DNA from: an uncultured Clostridia bacterium
GTDB lineage: Bacteria; Bacillota; Clostridia; Christensenellales; UBA1242
Reading direction: 5' to 3'
Length of the DNA stretch: 53,924 nt
Assembly: GCA_944349805.1 (NCBI GenBank)
Contig: CALVNP010000004.1
Coordinates: 1 to 53,924, forward strand
Under the pieces are notes generated by a model. That model had not been told where the DNA came from and ran no database searches. It was given only the letters and a program-made list of their open reading frames with translations. Positions 1 through 8,422 of this stretch are shown here, piece by piece; position 1 is the first letter of the stretch, and each line of letters begins with the position of its first letter. Both the position numbers and the translations under genes were made by a program.

Positions 1-291
1 GGCCAGACGCAAACTCCATTTCATTGGGAGTTTGGCCGTTACTCTCGTGCGAAGAAATTTCTACGAAGAGTAACTGATATTTTTGATTGTTGGCCTTTTG
101 GGCTCGTTTTGCCCTTCGGTCAAAATCTTCGCTTGTCGGCCACAAATTTTTATTCAACGGCCAGACGCAAACTCCATTTCATTGGGAGTTTGGCCGTTAC
201 TCTCGTGCGAAGAAATTTCTGCGAAGAGTAACTGATGTTTTTTTATTTGTTGGCCTTTTGGGCTCGTTTTGCCCTTCGGTCAAAATCTTCG
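1..291. repeat. Tandem direct repeat of a hairpin-rich non-coding unit of ~131-133 bp. Two copies lie at 1-131 and 159-291. The array is cut by the window edge.
   Basis: By direct comparison the copies differ only by A63/G221 and a 2-nt T-tract length change. The 27-nt spacer (132-158) and the sequence after 291 are unrelated. Each copy has three inverted repeats (1-37, 38-74 followed by a T-run, 90-123). There is no credible ORF. Confidence 0.85.
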
Positions 292-313
292 ACTTATTTG
301 CTTTATCAAAGAT

Positions 314-390
314 TGGTAGCGGTGAGTAGATTCGAACCACTGACCTTACGGGTATGAACCGTACGCTCTAACCAACTGAGCTACACCGCC
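314..390 (-). tRNA. trnM: tRNA-Met, elongator type, anticodon CAT, with encoded CCA
   Basis: The reverse complement reads GGCGGTGTAGCTCAGTTGGTTAGAGCGTACGGTTCATACCCGTAAGGTCAGTGGTTCGAATCTACTCACCGCTACCA. It folds as a cloverleaf: acceptor GGCGGTG/CACCGCT, anticodon loop TTCATAC, T-arm GGTTCGAATC. A G1-C72 pair argues against initiator tRNA. A lysidine-modified tRNA-Ile2 cannot be fully excluded. Confidence 0.9.
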
Positions 391-405
391 AAATTGCTTT
401 ATAAG

Positions 406-432
406 TCTATAACATTATTTTCAATATGTCAA
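406..432 (-). promoter_or_regulatory. Putative sigma-A-type promoter for tRNA-Met
   Basis: On the minus strand: TTGACA (432-427), a 15-nt spacer, then extended -10 TGtTATAGA (414-406). It ends ~16 nt upstream of the tRNA 5-prime end. The short spacer lowers confidence. Confidence 0.4.
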
Positions 433-464
433 GGTTTTTATGAAAGTTTTTAAATATTAATAAT

Positions 465-490
465 AAAAAAGAACGGATTTTCCGTTCTTT
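465..490 (-). terminator. Intrinsic terminator downstream of the 493..723 gene
   Basis: Stem GAACGGA (471-477) / TCCGTTC (481-487). It is flanked by an A-run on the plus strand, which is a T-run on the minus strand. Confidence 0.7.
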
Positions 491-492
491 CT

Positions 493-723
493 TTAAATAT
501 TTAGTAAACGCAAAATATGTTTGCTAACTATCATTAAGATTAAATCTATAATCCAAATGATGTTCCATCCTAATATAAGTCTTAATATTCCTGCAAGAAT
601 TTTGCCTTCTGAAAATCTTGTAACTGCTCCAAGTATCCAAGAAGTTACAGGTATTATTGCAAGTATTAAGCTTACAATATAACTAAGACCAAAATAATCT
701 CCTCTTCTTTTTGCCATTTTCAT
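493..723 (-). CDS. Small integral membrane protein (two hydrophobic helices), function unknown
   Basis: 76-aa ORF with a basic N-terminus (MKMAKRRGD) followed by two hydrophobic segments. A G-rich SD-like GGGGG lies just upstream. The start could be M3 (717). A terminator follows. Confidence 0.6.
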   Translation of the reverse strand: MKMAKRRGDYFGLSYIVSLILAIIPVTSWILGAVTRFSEGKILAGILRLILGWNIIWIIDLILMIVSKHILRLLNI

Positions 724-913
724 TTCCCCCTTTTATTTTCAGGCTTTAAAATTTTTTGAATTTTAAATCTCCTTCTATTATATTAATAGATTTTCCTTTA
801 AATGTCAATCTTTGGTTTGTCTTTTTGTCTAATTTTGTAATCTTTTTTTGTCTATATATTTTACAATATTTTTACTTTTGTTTCTTTTTTCTATATTTTT
901 TTACAAAAATTGT

Positions 914-942
914 TTGACTAATTTTGTAAAAAATGCTAAATT
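914..942 (+). promoter_or_regulatory. Putative sigma-A-type promoter of the Spo0A_C-like gene
   Basis: TTGACT (914-919), a 17-nt spacer, then TGcTAAATT extended -10 (934-942). It lies ~23 nt upstream of the SD TAAGGAG (949-955). Confidence 0.45.
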
Positions 943-964
943 AAGACTAAGGAGTTTCAAAATT

Positions 965-1306
965 ATGGTTTCGGGCAAGTTTAACGAAGATCAAAATCGT
1001 TATGTAAATGAATTTTTATCTGAAAATGATATTAACTTAAAATGGATTGGTAGACAATATATAAGAGATATTGCAGAAATGTTATTTTTTGACAGTTCAC
1101 TTTTTAGATCATTAAACAATTATGTTTATCCTAAAATAGCAGAAAGATATAAAACAAAACCCAGCAATGTTGAAAAGTCTATTAGGAATGCAATCAATAA
1201 ATCAATTTATCACGAAAAAAATCAATATGCAACTAACAAGATGCTGCTAATTGAAGTTGTGGAAAAATTAAAAACATTTTCTTCTAATGATATTTCTGTT
1301 GGTTGA
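965..1306 (+). CDS. Stand-alone Spo0A C-terminal (DNA-binding effector) domain-like protein, with no receiver domain
   Basis: 113 aa from the ATG at 965, with SD AAGGAG 9 nt upstream. LYPKIAERYKTKPSNVEKSIRNAINKS resembles the Spo0A effector-domain signature (YP.IA..y.T..s.VERAIRhAI). The track start at 848 is a hydrophobic, T-rich read-through of the promoter region. Confidence 0.65.
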   Translation: MVSGKFNEDQNRYVNEFLSENDINLKWIGRQYIRDIAEMLFFDSSLFRSLNNYVYPKIAERYKTKPSNVEKSIRNAINKSIYHEKNQYATNKMLLIEVVEKLKTFSSNDISVG

Positions 1307-1349
1307 CTTTGATTTTTTAAAAATATATAATTATCATCAGGAGAGAAGT

Positions 1350-1775
1350 ATGATAGTTGATGAAATTAAAAAGGCAAACATTGAAGCAATGAAAAGCAAA
1401 GATATGGTTGCTAGAAGCATTTATAGTGTTTTATTAAACAAAATTATGCTTGAAAATATAAAGAAAAGAGAAAAGGGTGAAAACATAACAGATCCTGATG
1501 TTGTTCAAATTATTCAAAAAACATTAAAAGAACTTGAAGAAGAAAAATCCAATTATGAAAAAGTTGGAAATAAAGAAATGTTTGAAAATGCAAGCATTCA
1601 AATTAACCTTCTTAAAGGTTATCTTCCAGAAATGTTGTCAGAGGACGAAATAAAGGAGATTATTTCTAAGCTTGATGATAAGAGTATTGGAAATGTTATG
1701 AAACATTTTAAACAAGAATACAATGGCAAGTGCGATATGAATACAGTAAGAAGTGTACTTGCAAAATGTCAATGA
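1350..1775 (+). CDS. yqeY: GatB/YqeY domain-containing protein
   Basis: 141 aa from the ATG at 1350 (SD GGAGAG upstream). The N-terminus IKKANIEAMKSKD..ARS.YS.LL.KI and the C-terminus MKHFKQEYNGKCDMNTV are typical of YqeY-like proteins. Confidence 0.75.
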   Translation: MIVDEIKKANIEAMKSKDMVARSIYSVLLNKIMLENIKKREKGENITDPDVVQIIQKTLKELEEEKSNYEKVGNKEMFENASIQINLLKGYLPEMLSEDEIKEIISKLDDKSIGNVMKHFKQEYNGKCDMNTVRSVLAKCQ

Positions 1776-2473
1776 AAGTGTTTGCAATATCTGATCTTCA
1801 TCTATCCTTTGGTTCAAATAAACCAATGGATATTTTTGGTCAGCAATGGAACAATTATTTGGAAAAAATAAAAGAAGATTGGCTAAAAAAAGTATCCGAA
1901 GATGACATTGTCTTAATTGCTGGAGATATAAGCTGGGCGATGAAGCTTGCTGATACAACAGAAGATTTTAAATTTTTATCTTCTTTACCGGGTAAAATTT
2001 TTATCATTAAAGGAAATCACGATTATTGGTGGAATAGTGTTACTGCCGTGAGAAATGTTTTACCACCAAATGTTATCGCAATACAAAATGATGCCTTTAA
2101 AGTTGGGGATTTTATTATATGTGGAACTAGGGGGTGGATAGTTCCTGAAAAAGTTAATTCTGGTGGAGAACAAGATAAAAAGATTTATGCTAGGGAACAG
2201 ATAAGGCTTGAACTGACACTAAAATCTGCAAAGGATTTGCAAAAAAATAATGAAAAAATTATTTGTATGATGCATTATCCACCAACAAATTCAATTTGGG
2301 AAGAAAGTGAGTTTACAAAACTCTTTGAAAAGTATGAAATAAATGCTGTATGCTATGGACATTTACACGGTCCTTATGTAAAACGAGAGTTGATTAAAAA
2401 AATTAAAAATATATCCTATTATTTGACATCTTGTGACCAGGTTTTAAACAATCTGGTTGAAATCAAGGTTTAA
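1772..2473 (+). CDS. Calcineurin-like metallophosphoesterase
   Basis: The ATG overlaps the upstream TGA (ATGA coupling). Motifs: ISDLHL, GDISW, GNHDYWW, HYPP, GHLHG. Confidence 0.8.
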   Translation: MKVFAISDLHLSFGSNKPMDIFGQQWNNYLEKIKEDWLKKVSEDDIVLIAGDISWAMKLADTTEDFKFLSSLPGKIFIIKGNHDYWWNSVTAVRNVLPPNVIAIQNDAFKVGDFIICGTRGWIVPEKVNSGGEQDKKIYAREQIRLELTLKSAKDLQKNNEKIICMMHYPPTNSIWEESEFTKLFEKYEINAVCYGHLHGPYVKRELIKKIKNISYYLTSCDQVLNNLVEIKV

Positions 2474-2533
2474 TATTGTTGATATTTTCTCCTTTTAGTG
2501 TTAAAATAAATTTGCATTATAAGGAGATTTTTT

Positions 2534-5500
2534 ATGAGCTCAACTGTTTTAATTTTGATAGTTAACCTTGCTTTGCTTCTTTTTGTTGTTCTGGGCTTTT
2601 TAATTGGTTTAAAACGAGGAATAAAAAAACAAGCATTATGGCTGGCTTTTTTTACTATCGCAGTAATTTTAGCTTTTGTTTTTACCCCATTGATAACAAA
2701 TAGAGTTATAGACATAAAATTAAACATAGATGGCTCGATGATATCAATAAGGGATTACATTTTGAGTTTTATAACGAATAATGAAGTTGTCGGTGGGTTA
2801 TATACTGAAGGTTCTTCTTTTGCAGGAGTTATGGACAACTTTCCTGTTATGGTTGCAAATTTAGCTGTTTTTGTTATTTGTCTTTATTGCTTTTTGCTTG
2901 TTATGTGGATAATTTATATGATTGTTGCAACAATAATTTTTAAACGCAAAAAAAATAAGGCATTAGATGGAAAGGTTTATACCATAAAACAAGGACAAGC
3001 TGTTGAGCTTATTGATGTAAAGCCTAAAAAATATAGAGTTGCAGGTGGTTTGTTGGGTATTTTGTCAGGTTTTATGTTATGCTTCTTTACATTTTTACCA
3101 ATTAGTGGACTAGTGGGAATCTATACTGATGCAAGCAATGTAGAAGTCGCTTATGCAGAAGAGAATCAAAGTCAAAATGCTGTAAAAAATTTGATTGATG
3201 ATTATGTACCTAAAGAATATCAGGAATATTTTAATGCTTATGATAAAACCATTATTAATTTTTTAGGTGGACTTGTAGGTTTTGATGATTTTTGTTTTAA
3301 TGAACTAGCTTCAATCAATGTTGACGGAAATAAAATTGAGTTAAAAAATGAAATCATTACATTTGCAGAGATTTACGACACTGCTGAATTTTTATTGGAA
3401 ATCGATTTTAATAATATTGTTTGGGAAAATTTTGATTTTGTAAGGTTAAACAAGGCTGTTGATTTGATTTTTGAGTCTCAACTTTTTAGGACTTTAAGCT
3501 CAGAAATTATACCTTATGCCTTAGATTATGTACAAAATAACAACAATTTTAACGATGATGCAACTAACAATGCAGTTAAAGAATTATGTAATGCATTGCA
3601 AGTTGGCTTTAAAGATAATTATGAAGCAGAAATTTTAAAAACAGATTTTAAAGCAATTGTACGCTCGTTTGAGATACTATGTAAATCGGGAATAACAGAT
3701 GAAATTTTTAAGGACACAGTTGATCTTAATGTAATTTTAGACACTTTGGTTGCTGATGAGTGTAAGAACTTGAATGACATTTTAAATAACTTTTTTGCTT
3801 CCAATGGCGTAAAAAGTTTAATGGTCGGAGCAATCAATATTGGATTAGATACATTAGAAAATACAGTTTTTGAAGGTGCTCAACTAGATAGAATTGATAT
3901 AGCTAAGGTGAATTGGTCACAATTCAGGAATGAAGTAAATGGCGTTATACAAAGTGGAGTAGATGTTTACAATATCTTAAAAAATTCTCAATATTCAATT
4001 CAAGACATAGCAAATGATCCTATAAAAATTTATGAAATGGAATATGAGTCTTTGATTGAGGAAGGCTTTAAGGTTTTAGATATACTAAGTACTTCAAGTG
4101 TTTTTGTAAACACTGTTAACCATAGTAACATTTACGATAATTTGTTAAACGCAATACAGGATACCAATATTGGAAATTATGTAAACACACAAGCGTTTAA
4201 GAGTACTGAAAATTTTTCTTGGAGCAACGAGTCCAATGTGCTTGTTGGACTTATAAATAAATTAGAGCCAATCATTTTAGATGAAACAAGCTTTAAAGAT
4301 GTAGATTACACATCATTGAAAGCTTCCGTTAATGCAATTTTTGATTCAAAATTTATAGATGCAGTCAACCTTGATTTTTTAGATAATGTATTTAATTCAG
4401 TTGAAGAAATTGAAAACGAAGATGTAAAAAATTTGGTTAATGTTTTGGTAAATGAAATTCAAGCAAAAGATAGCTTAAAAGAGTTAAAAACTGATGCGTT
4501 AAATATATTTGACATCTTTGAAATTTGTGGAAGGTCTGAAATTGTAGATCAAATTAAAGATGGACACATAAATTTTGTTGAAGTTGTAACTGGATTAAGT
4601 GTTGTGGAGTCAGATATTCCAAGATATGAAAAACTTATAGATAAATTTTTCTCATCACAACTATTAAAAAATTTACTCACAAATTCAATTAATGTTGTTT
4701 TAGGAAGTATAGAAAGTGGAATAAACACAACACTTAATAGAGTGGAAGAAAAAACATCAGATTGGTCAATGTGGGCATCTTTAAAAAGTGGACTTACAGG
4801 ATTGTTTGAACAACTATGCGAAGTTGTCAAGTCCTATGAAGGCAAAGAACTTACTTTTGGCATTGATATGATTGATGAAAGCTTTGTAAACTGTATAGAC
4901 AATTTTGCTATGGCACTTGATTATTTTGCAACACTTCCTATATGGAATTATCAAAATCAAGACGGAACAAGTGGTAATATTTATAACGACATTATAACAA
5001 CTCTTGATAACAATGAAGAATTAAGTCCATATATAGATTTTAGTTGCGCAAAATTGGACAACTTTATTGATAACAAATTTTGGAACAATGAGTTGACAGC
5101 TTATAAAGATGCGTTTAGCAGAATGATAGAAAAAGATATTGTAATAGATGGGCAAAACACCAACATTTTACAAGCTTTGCTGAATGGACAAGATGTTACT
5201 GAAATAATAAAAACATTTACAACACAAGATGTTATGGACGGCGATAATTTAATTAAAAATGATGTTGAAACAATTATGATGCCAATATTACAAGGAAAGC
5301 TTTTAAAGAAGATTGCAGTTGAAATTTTAAATGAAATTAATTTCCAAATAGAAAAGATTACAGATGAAACAATAACAGAAGAGACTTCAACCTTAAATAA
5401 AATTACAATAGACTTTAATATTTATGACCAATCTCAAGATATTATAGATGTTATTAAAGAAATTGTAGAATATTTGAAGTTAAATAATCCAGAGACTTCA

Positions 5501-5965
5501 GAATTGGAAAATCTGTTAAGCGCATTAGAGAATAATGCAACAAAATATTATGGACCAGACTTGCAAGATGAGGGAGTATTTAAGCAAGCATATATTCTTT
5601 TAGAAGATTATGTAAATGAGCAAGTTAAAAGCTCTATAGAAAATGAACTAGGCTTAAATGTTGGTGCGTTGGCAGATGTGGGGAATATATCAATTAGCAA
5701 ACTTATTGAAATTGCAGACACAACAAAAGATGTTTTAGATAAAATAGATAATGGAACATTGCAAACAGAAGATGCAAAAAATTTGGTTGATATTTTTGCA
5801 GACGAGGAAGTTCAGGAGCTTGTTACAACAATAGCAGAAGAAGGCGCCACAATTTCGCTTTCAGAAGATGTAAAACAAGAAATTTACACTTATGTAAATG
5901 AACAAATTACAGATGAAAATTTAATTAACAATTTAAAATCTATTTTTGGATTGCTCGGGGAATGA
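2534..5965 (+). CDS. Large (1,143 aa) multi-pass membrane-anchored acidic protein of unknown function. The N-terminal TM region is CvpA-like.
   Basis: Strong SD AAGGAG. About 4 TM helices lie in the first ~200 aa (LILIVNLALLLFVVLGFLIGLKRG... resembles the colicin V production/CvpA fold). They are followed by ~900 aa that are D/E/N/I-rich and helical-looking, with no motif I recognise. Confidence 0.6.
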   Translation: MSSTVLILIVNLALLLFVVLGFLIGLKRGIKKQALWLAFFTIAVILAFVFTPLITNRVIDIKLNIDGSMISIRDYILSFITNNEVVGGLYTEGSSFAGVMDNFPVMVANLAVFVICLYCFLLVMWIIYMIVATIIFKRKKNKALDGKVYTIKQGQAVELIDVKPKKYRVAGGLLGILSGFMLCFFTFLPISGLVGIYTDASNVEVAYAEENQSQNAVKNLIDDYVPKEYQEYFNAYDKTIINFLGGLVGFDDFCFNELASINVDGNKIELKNEIITFAEIYDTAEFLLEIDFNNIVWENFDFVRLNKAVDLIFESQLFRTLSSEIIPYALDYVQNNNNFNDDATNNAVKELCNALQVGFKDNYEAEILKTDFKAIVRSFEILCKSGITDEIFKDTVDLNVILDTLVADECKNLNDILNNFFASNGVKSLMVGAINIGLDTLENTVFEGAQLDRIDIAKVNWSQFRNEVNGVIQSGVDVYNILKNSQYSIQDIANDPIKIYEMEYESLIEEGFKVLDILSTSSVFVNTVNHSNIYDNLLNAIQDTNIGNYVNTQAFKSTENFSWSNESNVLVGLINKLEPIILDETSFKDVDYTSLKASVNAIFDSKFIDAVNLDFLDNVFNSVEEIENEDVKNLVNVLVNEIQAKDSLKELKTDALNIFDIFEICGRSEIVDQIKDGHINFVEVVTGLSVVESDIPRYEKLIDKFFSSQLLKNLLTNSINVVLGSIESGINTTLNRVEEKTSDWSMWASLKSGLTGLFEQLCEVVKSYEGKELTFGIDMIDESFVNCIDNFAMALDYFATLPIWNYQNQDGTSGNIYNDIITTLDNNEELSPYIDFSCAKLDNFIDNKFWNNELTAYKDAFSRMIEKDIVIDGQNTNILQALLNGQDVTEIIKTFTTQDVMDGDNLIKNDVETIMMPILQGKLLKKIAVEILNEINFQIEKITDETITEETSTLNKITIDFNIYDQSQDIIDVIKEIVEYLKLNNPETSELENLLSALENNATKYYGPDLQDEGVFKQAYILLEDYVNEQVKSSIENELGLNVGALADVGNISISKLIEIADTTKDVLDKIDNGTLQTEDAKNLVDIFADEEVQELVTTIAEEGATISLSEDVKQEIYTYVNEQITDENLINNLKSIFGLLGE

Positions 5966-5966
5966 A

Positions 5967-6899
5967 ATGGAATTTTATCACGAACCTATAATGGTCAATG
6001 AAATATTAGAGGGATTAAAAATTAATCCCTCTGGTGTTTATTTGGATTGTACTATTGGTGGTGCTGGACACAGTGAACAAATTTTACAAAGATTAAATCC
6101 TGATGGACTGCTTATAGGAATTGACAAGGATGATGATGCGTTAGATTATAGTAAAAAAAGATTGGAAAAATTTAAAAATAAAATCCTTGTAAAATCGGAT
6201 TTTAAAAATGTAGAAAGTGTTTTAAACGAATTAAAAATAACAAGTTTAGATGGGGTACTTATAGACTTGGGCGTCAGCTCTCATCAAATAGATGACGCAA
6301 GTAGGGGATTTTCATTTTTACGAGATGGCAAGCTGGATATGAGAATGGACACGGAACAAAAATTGACAGCTTTTGATGTTGTTAATTTCTATTCAGAAGA
6401 AAAACTTTTAAAAATATTGTGGGAATATGGAGAAGAGTCATTTGCTAGAAAAATTGTAAGTGCAATAATTTCAAAAAGAAAAATTAGTCCAATTGAAACA
6501 ACATTTCAGTTAAAAGAAATAATTGAAGAATGTTTGCCTAAGTCCTATGTTTATAAAAGTGGTGGGGCGAGCAAAAAAACATTTCAAGCAATAAGAATTG
6601 AAGTTAATCAGGAGTTAAATGGCCTTGAAGACACAATAAGATTTTTAATAACCAAATTAAAGCAAGGTGGTCGAATGTGTGTTTTGAGCTTTCATTCCTT
6701 AGAAGATAGAATTGTTAAAAAAATTTTTAAGGAAGAAGGACAAGATTGCCTATGTCCTCCCAATATGCCAATTTGTGTATGTGGACACAAAAGAACAGTA
6801 AATAATATCACCAAAAAACCTATTATTGCTTCAGATATTGAGCAGAAGAAAAATACCAGGTCAACATCTGCAAAATTAAGGATTATAGAAAAGTTATAA
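5967..6899 (+). CDS. rsmH: 16S rRNA (cytosine1402-N4)-methyltransferase RsmH
   Basis: Motifs: HEPIM, TIGGAGHS, DLGVSSHQID, SFHSLEDRIVK, SAKLRIIEK. The ATG at 5967 lies 1 nt after the upstream stop. The TTG at 5946 used by the track is less likely. Confidence 0.92.
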   Translation: MEFYHEPIMVNEILEGLKINPSGVYLDCTIGGAGHSEQILQRLNPDGLLIGIDKDDDALDYSKKRLEKFKNKILVKSDFKNVESVLNELKITSLDGVLIDLGVSSHQIDDASRGFSFLRDGKLDMRMDTEQKLTAFDVVNFYSEEKLLKILWEYGEESFARKIVSAIISKRKISPIETTFQLKEIIEECLPKSYVYKSGGASKKTFQAIRIEVNQELNGLEDTIRFLITKLKQGGRMCVLSFHSLEDRIVKKIFKEEGQDCLCPPNMPICVCGHKRTVNNITKKPIIASDIEQKKNTRSTSAKLRIIEKL

Positions 6900-6937
6900 T
6901 TGTTGACTTAAAATATAAAATATTATAGAATAAAAAT

Positions 6938-7312
6938 ATGACAGAAGCAGAGAAGCTATTTGAATTATATATACTTGCTGATACATTTTGTAATCAGCAT
7001 AATTTTGAATTGAATGTCAGCAAGTTAAAGATTCTAAGTTTAATAAAAAAATATTCTCCTGCGCCTGCAACTTTGCTCATCAATAAGTTGGGTATTATAA
7101 AAACAAATTTTTCTTCAAGCTGTTTAGGGTTACAAAATAAAAATTTGATTGTGTGTAAAAAGGGGAAAGAAGATAAAAGAAATAGATATTATCTTTTGAC
7201 AGAAAATGGAGAAAGCGTATTAAAATCGTTCTATGAACTTTTGTCAAAATACCTGAGGGAAGAAGATTTGTCTATTGATAAAGCACTGACCATTTTGAAT
7301 AAAAAAATTTAA
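6938..7312 (+). CDS. MarR-type winged-helix transcriptional regulator
   Basis: 124 aa. The HTH-wing pattern LKILSLIKKYSPAPATLLINKLGIIKTNFSSSCLGLQNKNLIVCKKGKEDKRNRYYLLTENG is typical of the MarR/SlyA fold. Confidence 0.6.
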   Translation: MTEAEKLFELYILADTFCNQHNFELNVSKLKILSLIKKYSPAPATLLINKLGIIKTNFSSSCLGLQNKNLIVCKKGKEDKRNRYYLLTENGESVLKSFYELLSKYLREEDLSIDKALTILNKKI

Positions 7313-7529
7313 AAAATAAATTTTATTAATATATAGAAATATTAATTTATAAATTCATAAAAGGGTTAATAAAAAATTAAATAATATAATTTTATAAAAT
7401 AATTTTTAATTTAATTAAAAATTATTTTTTTTATTTATTATAAAATAAGTTTACAAAAAAAATATAAAAACTATCTTTAATTTCATATATCTTATATTCC
7501 TTTAATATATTAATTTAAAGGAGAATTTT

Positions 7530-7775
7530 ATGCAAAGTGTAATAACTCTCACTAATAGAGAAAATCTTAACATTTTAGGTGTTACAAAGGTTTACGGAGT
7601 TAGTCAGGCAGAAGTGCTTGTTGAAGTTGAAGGAGAAAAGTTAGCAATAACGGGAGAAAATATGGAAGTACAAGCGCTTGATGTGGAAAACAAAGTTTTA
7701 ACCATTACGGGAAAGGTCAATGGAATGAAATTTTCAGCGCCCAAAGTTCCACTTTATAAAAGGATTTTTAAATAA
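7530..7775 (+). CDS. yabP: Sporulation protein YabP
   Basis: 81 aa. Pattern: L.L.NRE.L.I.GV..V..F.....L.VE...G.L.I.GE.L.I..L...N..L.I.G.I. SD AAAGGAG. It is followed by yabQ-like and divIC-like genes, as in Bacillus. Confidence 0.8.
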   Translation: MQSVITLTNRENLNILGVTKVYGVSQAEVLVEVEGEKLAITGENMEVQALDVENKVLTITGKVNGMKFSAPKVPLYKRIFK

Positions 7776-8152
7776 TGCTTTTAGAAACTCTTTCACAACC
7801 ACTTGTATTTTTGATGTTAATCATATTTGGTTTTTTAAGTGGTATCGTTTTTGATTTTTCAAATTTTATATGGAAAACAACCAATAAAAATAAAAATTTT
7901 AAACACATATTGGATTTTTTTTCAACATTAATTGTGTTTTCCTTATTTTTTTTATGTATCTATCTATTTAATTTTGGAGAGATTAGAGTATATGAACTTT
8001 TTGTGTTTTTCTTGTTCTTTTCTATTCAAAGATTAACATTTGGAAAATTAGTTGAAAAATTTATAGACTTGTGTTATATTAAATGTAATGAAATTTTAAA
8101 AAAAATAAATACAAGGAAAAAAGGTAAAGAAGATGACAAAAAGTCTAGTTAA
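7775..8152 (+). CDS. yabQ: Spore cortex biosynthesis protein YabQ-like membrane protein
   Basis: Its start overlaps the yabP stop (TAATG). 125 aa with 3 TM helices. Its conserved position after yabP supports the call. Confidence 0.65.
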   Translation: MLLETLSQPLVFLMLIIFGFLSGIVFDFSNFIWKTTNKNKNFKHILDFFSTLIVFSLFFLCIYLFNFGEIRVYELFVFFLFFSIQRLTFGKLVEKFIDLCYIKCNEILKKINTRKKGKEDDKKSS

Positions 8153-8402
8153 AACATTGTTTATTTTGGCAATTTTATTACTTGGAGCTTTATTGATAAT
8201 AGGCATTGTGCAATCTTTTCAAATTTCTTCAATGAAGTATCAAGAAGAAATAGCAAGCCAAAAGGCAGAAGAAATGCAAAATAAACTTGATAGCATAGAA
8301 CAAGAAATCGCATATAAGGAAAGTCAAGACTATTATCGAGACTATTATGAGTTAGAAGAAAAATATGGTAAAGATGGAGATGTCATATATGAAACAAAAT
8401 AA
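8133..8402 (+). CDS. divIC: Septum formation initiator (DivIC/FtsB-like) bitopic coiled-coil protein
   Basis: 89 aa with one N-terminal TM followed by a coiled coil (QEEIASQKAEEMQNKLDSIEQEIAYKE). Synteny yabP-yabQ-divIC. Confidence 0.55.
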   Translation: MTKSLVKTLFILAILLLGALLIIGIVQSFQISSMKYQEEIASQKAEEMQNKLDSIEQEIAYKESQDYYRDYYELEEKYGKDGDVIYETK

Positions 8403-8422
8403 AAAGCTCAAACGAGCTTTTT
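8401..8422. terminator. Bidirectional intrinsic terminator between the convergent divIC-like gene and gltX
   Basis: AAAAAGCTC (8401-8409) / GAGCTTTTT (8414-8422) with loop AAAC. Confidence 0.7.

Noticed and set aside
87-329. 80-aa plus-strand ORF in the track
   Set aside because: It is read across the tandem non-coding repeat and runs into the tRNA gene. It has no SD, and its sequence is dictated by the hairpin repeats. I treat it as spurious.
314-390. tRNA-Met as the integration target of the prophage
   Set aside because: It lies 44 kb away from the recombinase, with ordinary host genes in between. No tRNA-derived repeat is visible at 44.3-44.6 kb.
7455-7495. Possible sigma-E-type sporulation promoter (CATATAT at 7484-7490 with an ATATA-like -35) upstream of yabP
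   Set aside because: The region is ~90 percent A/T, so such matches are expected by chance. I cannot support the call from sequence alone.
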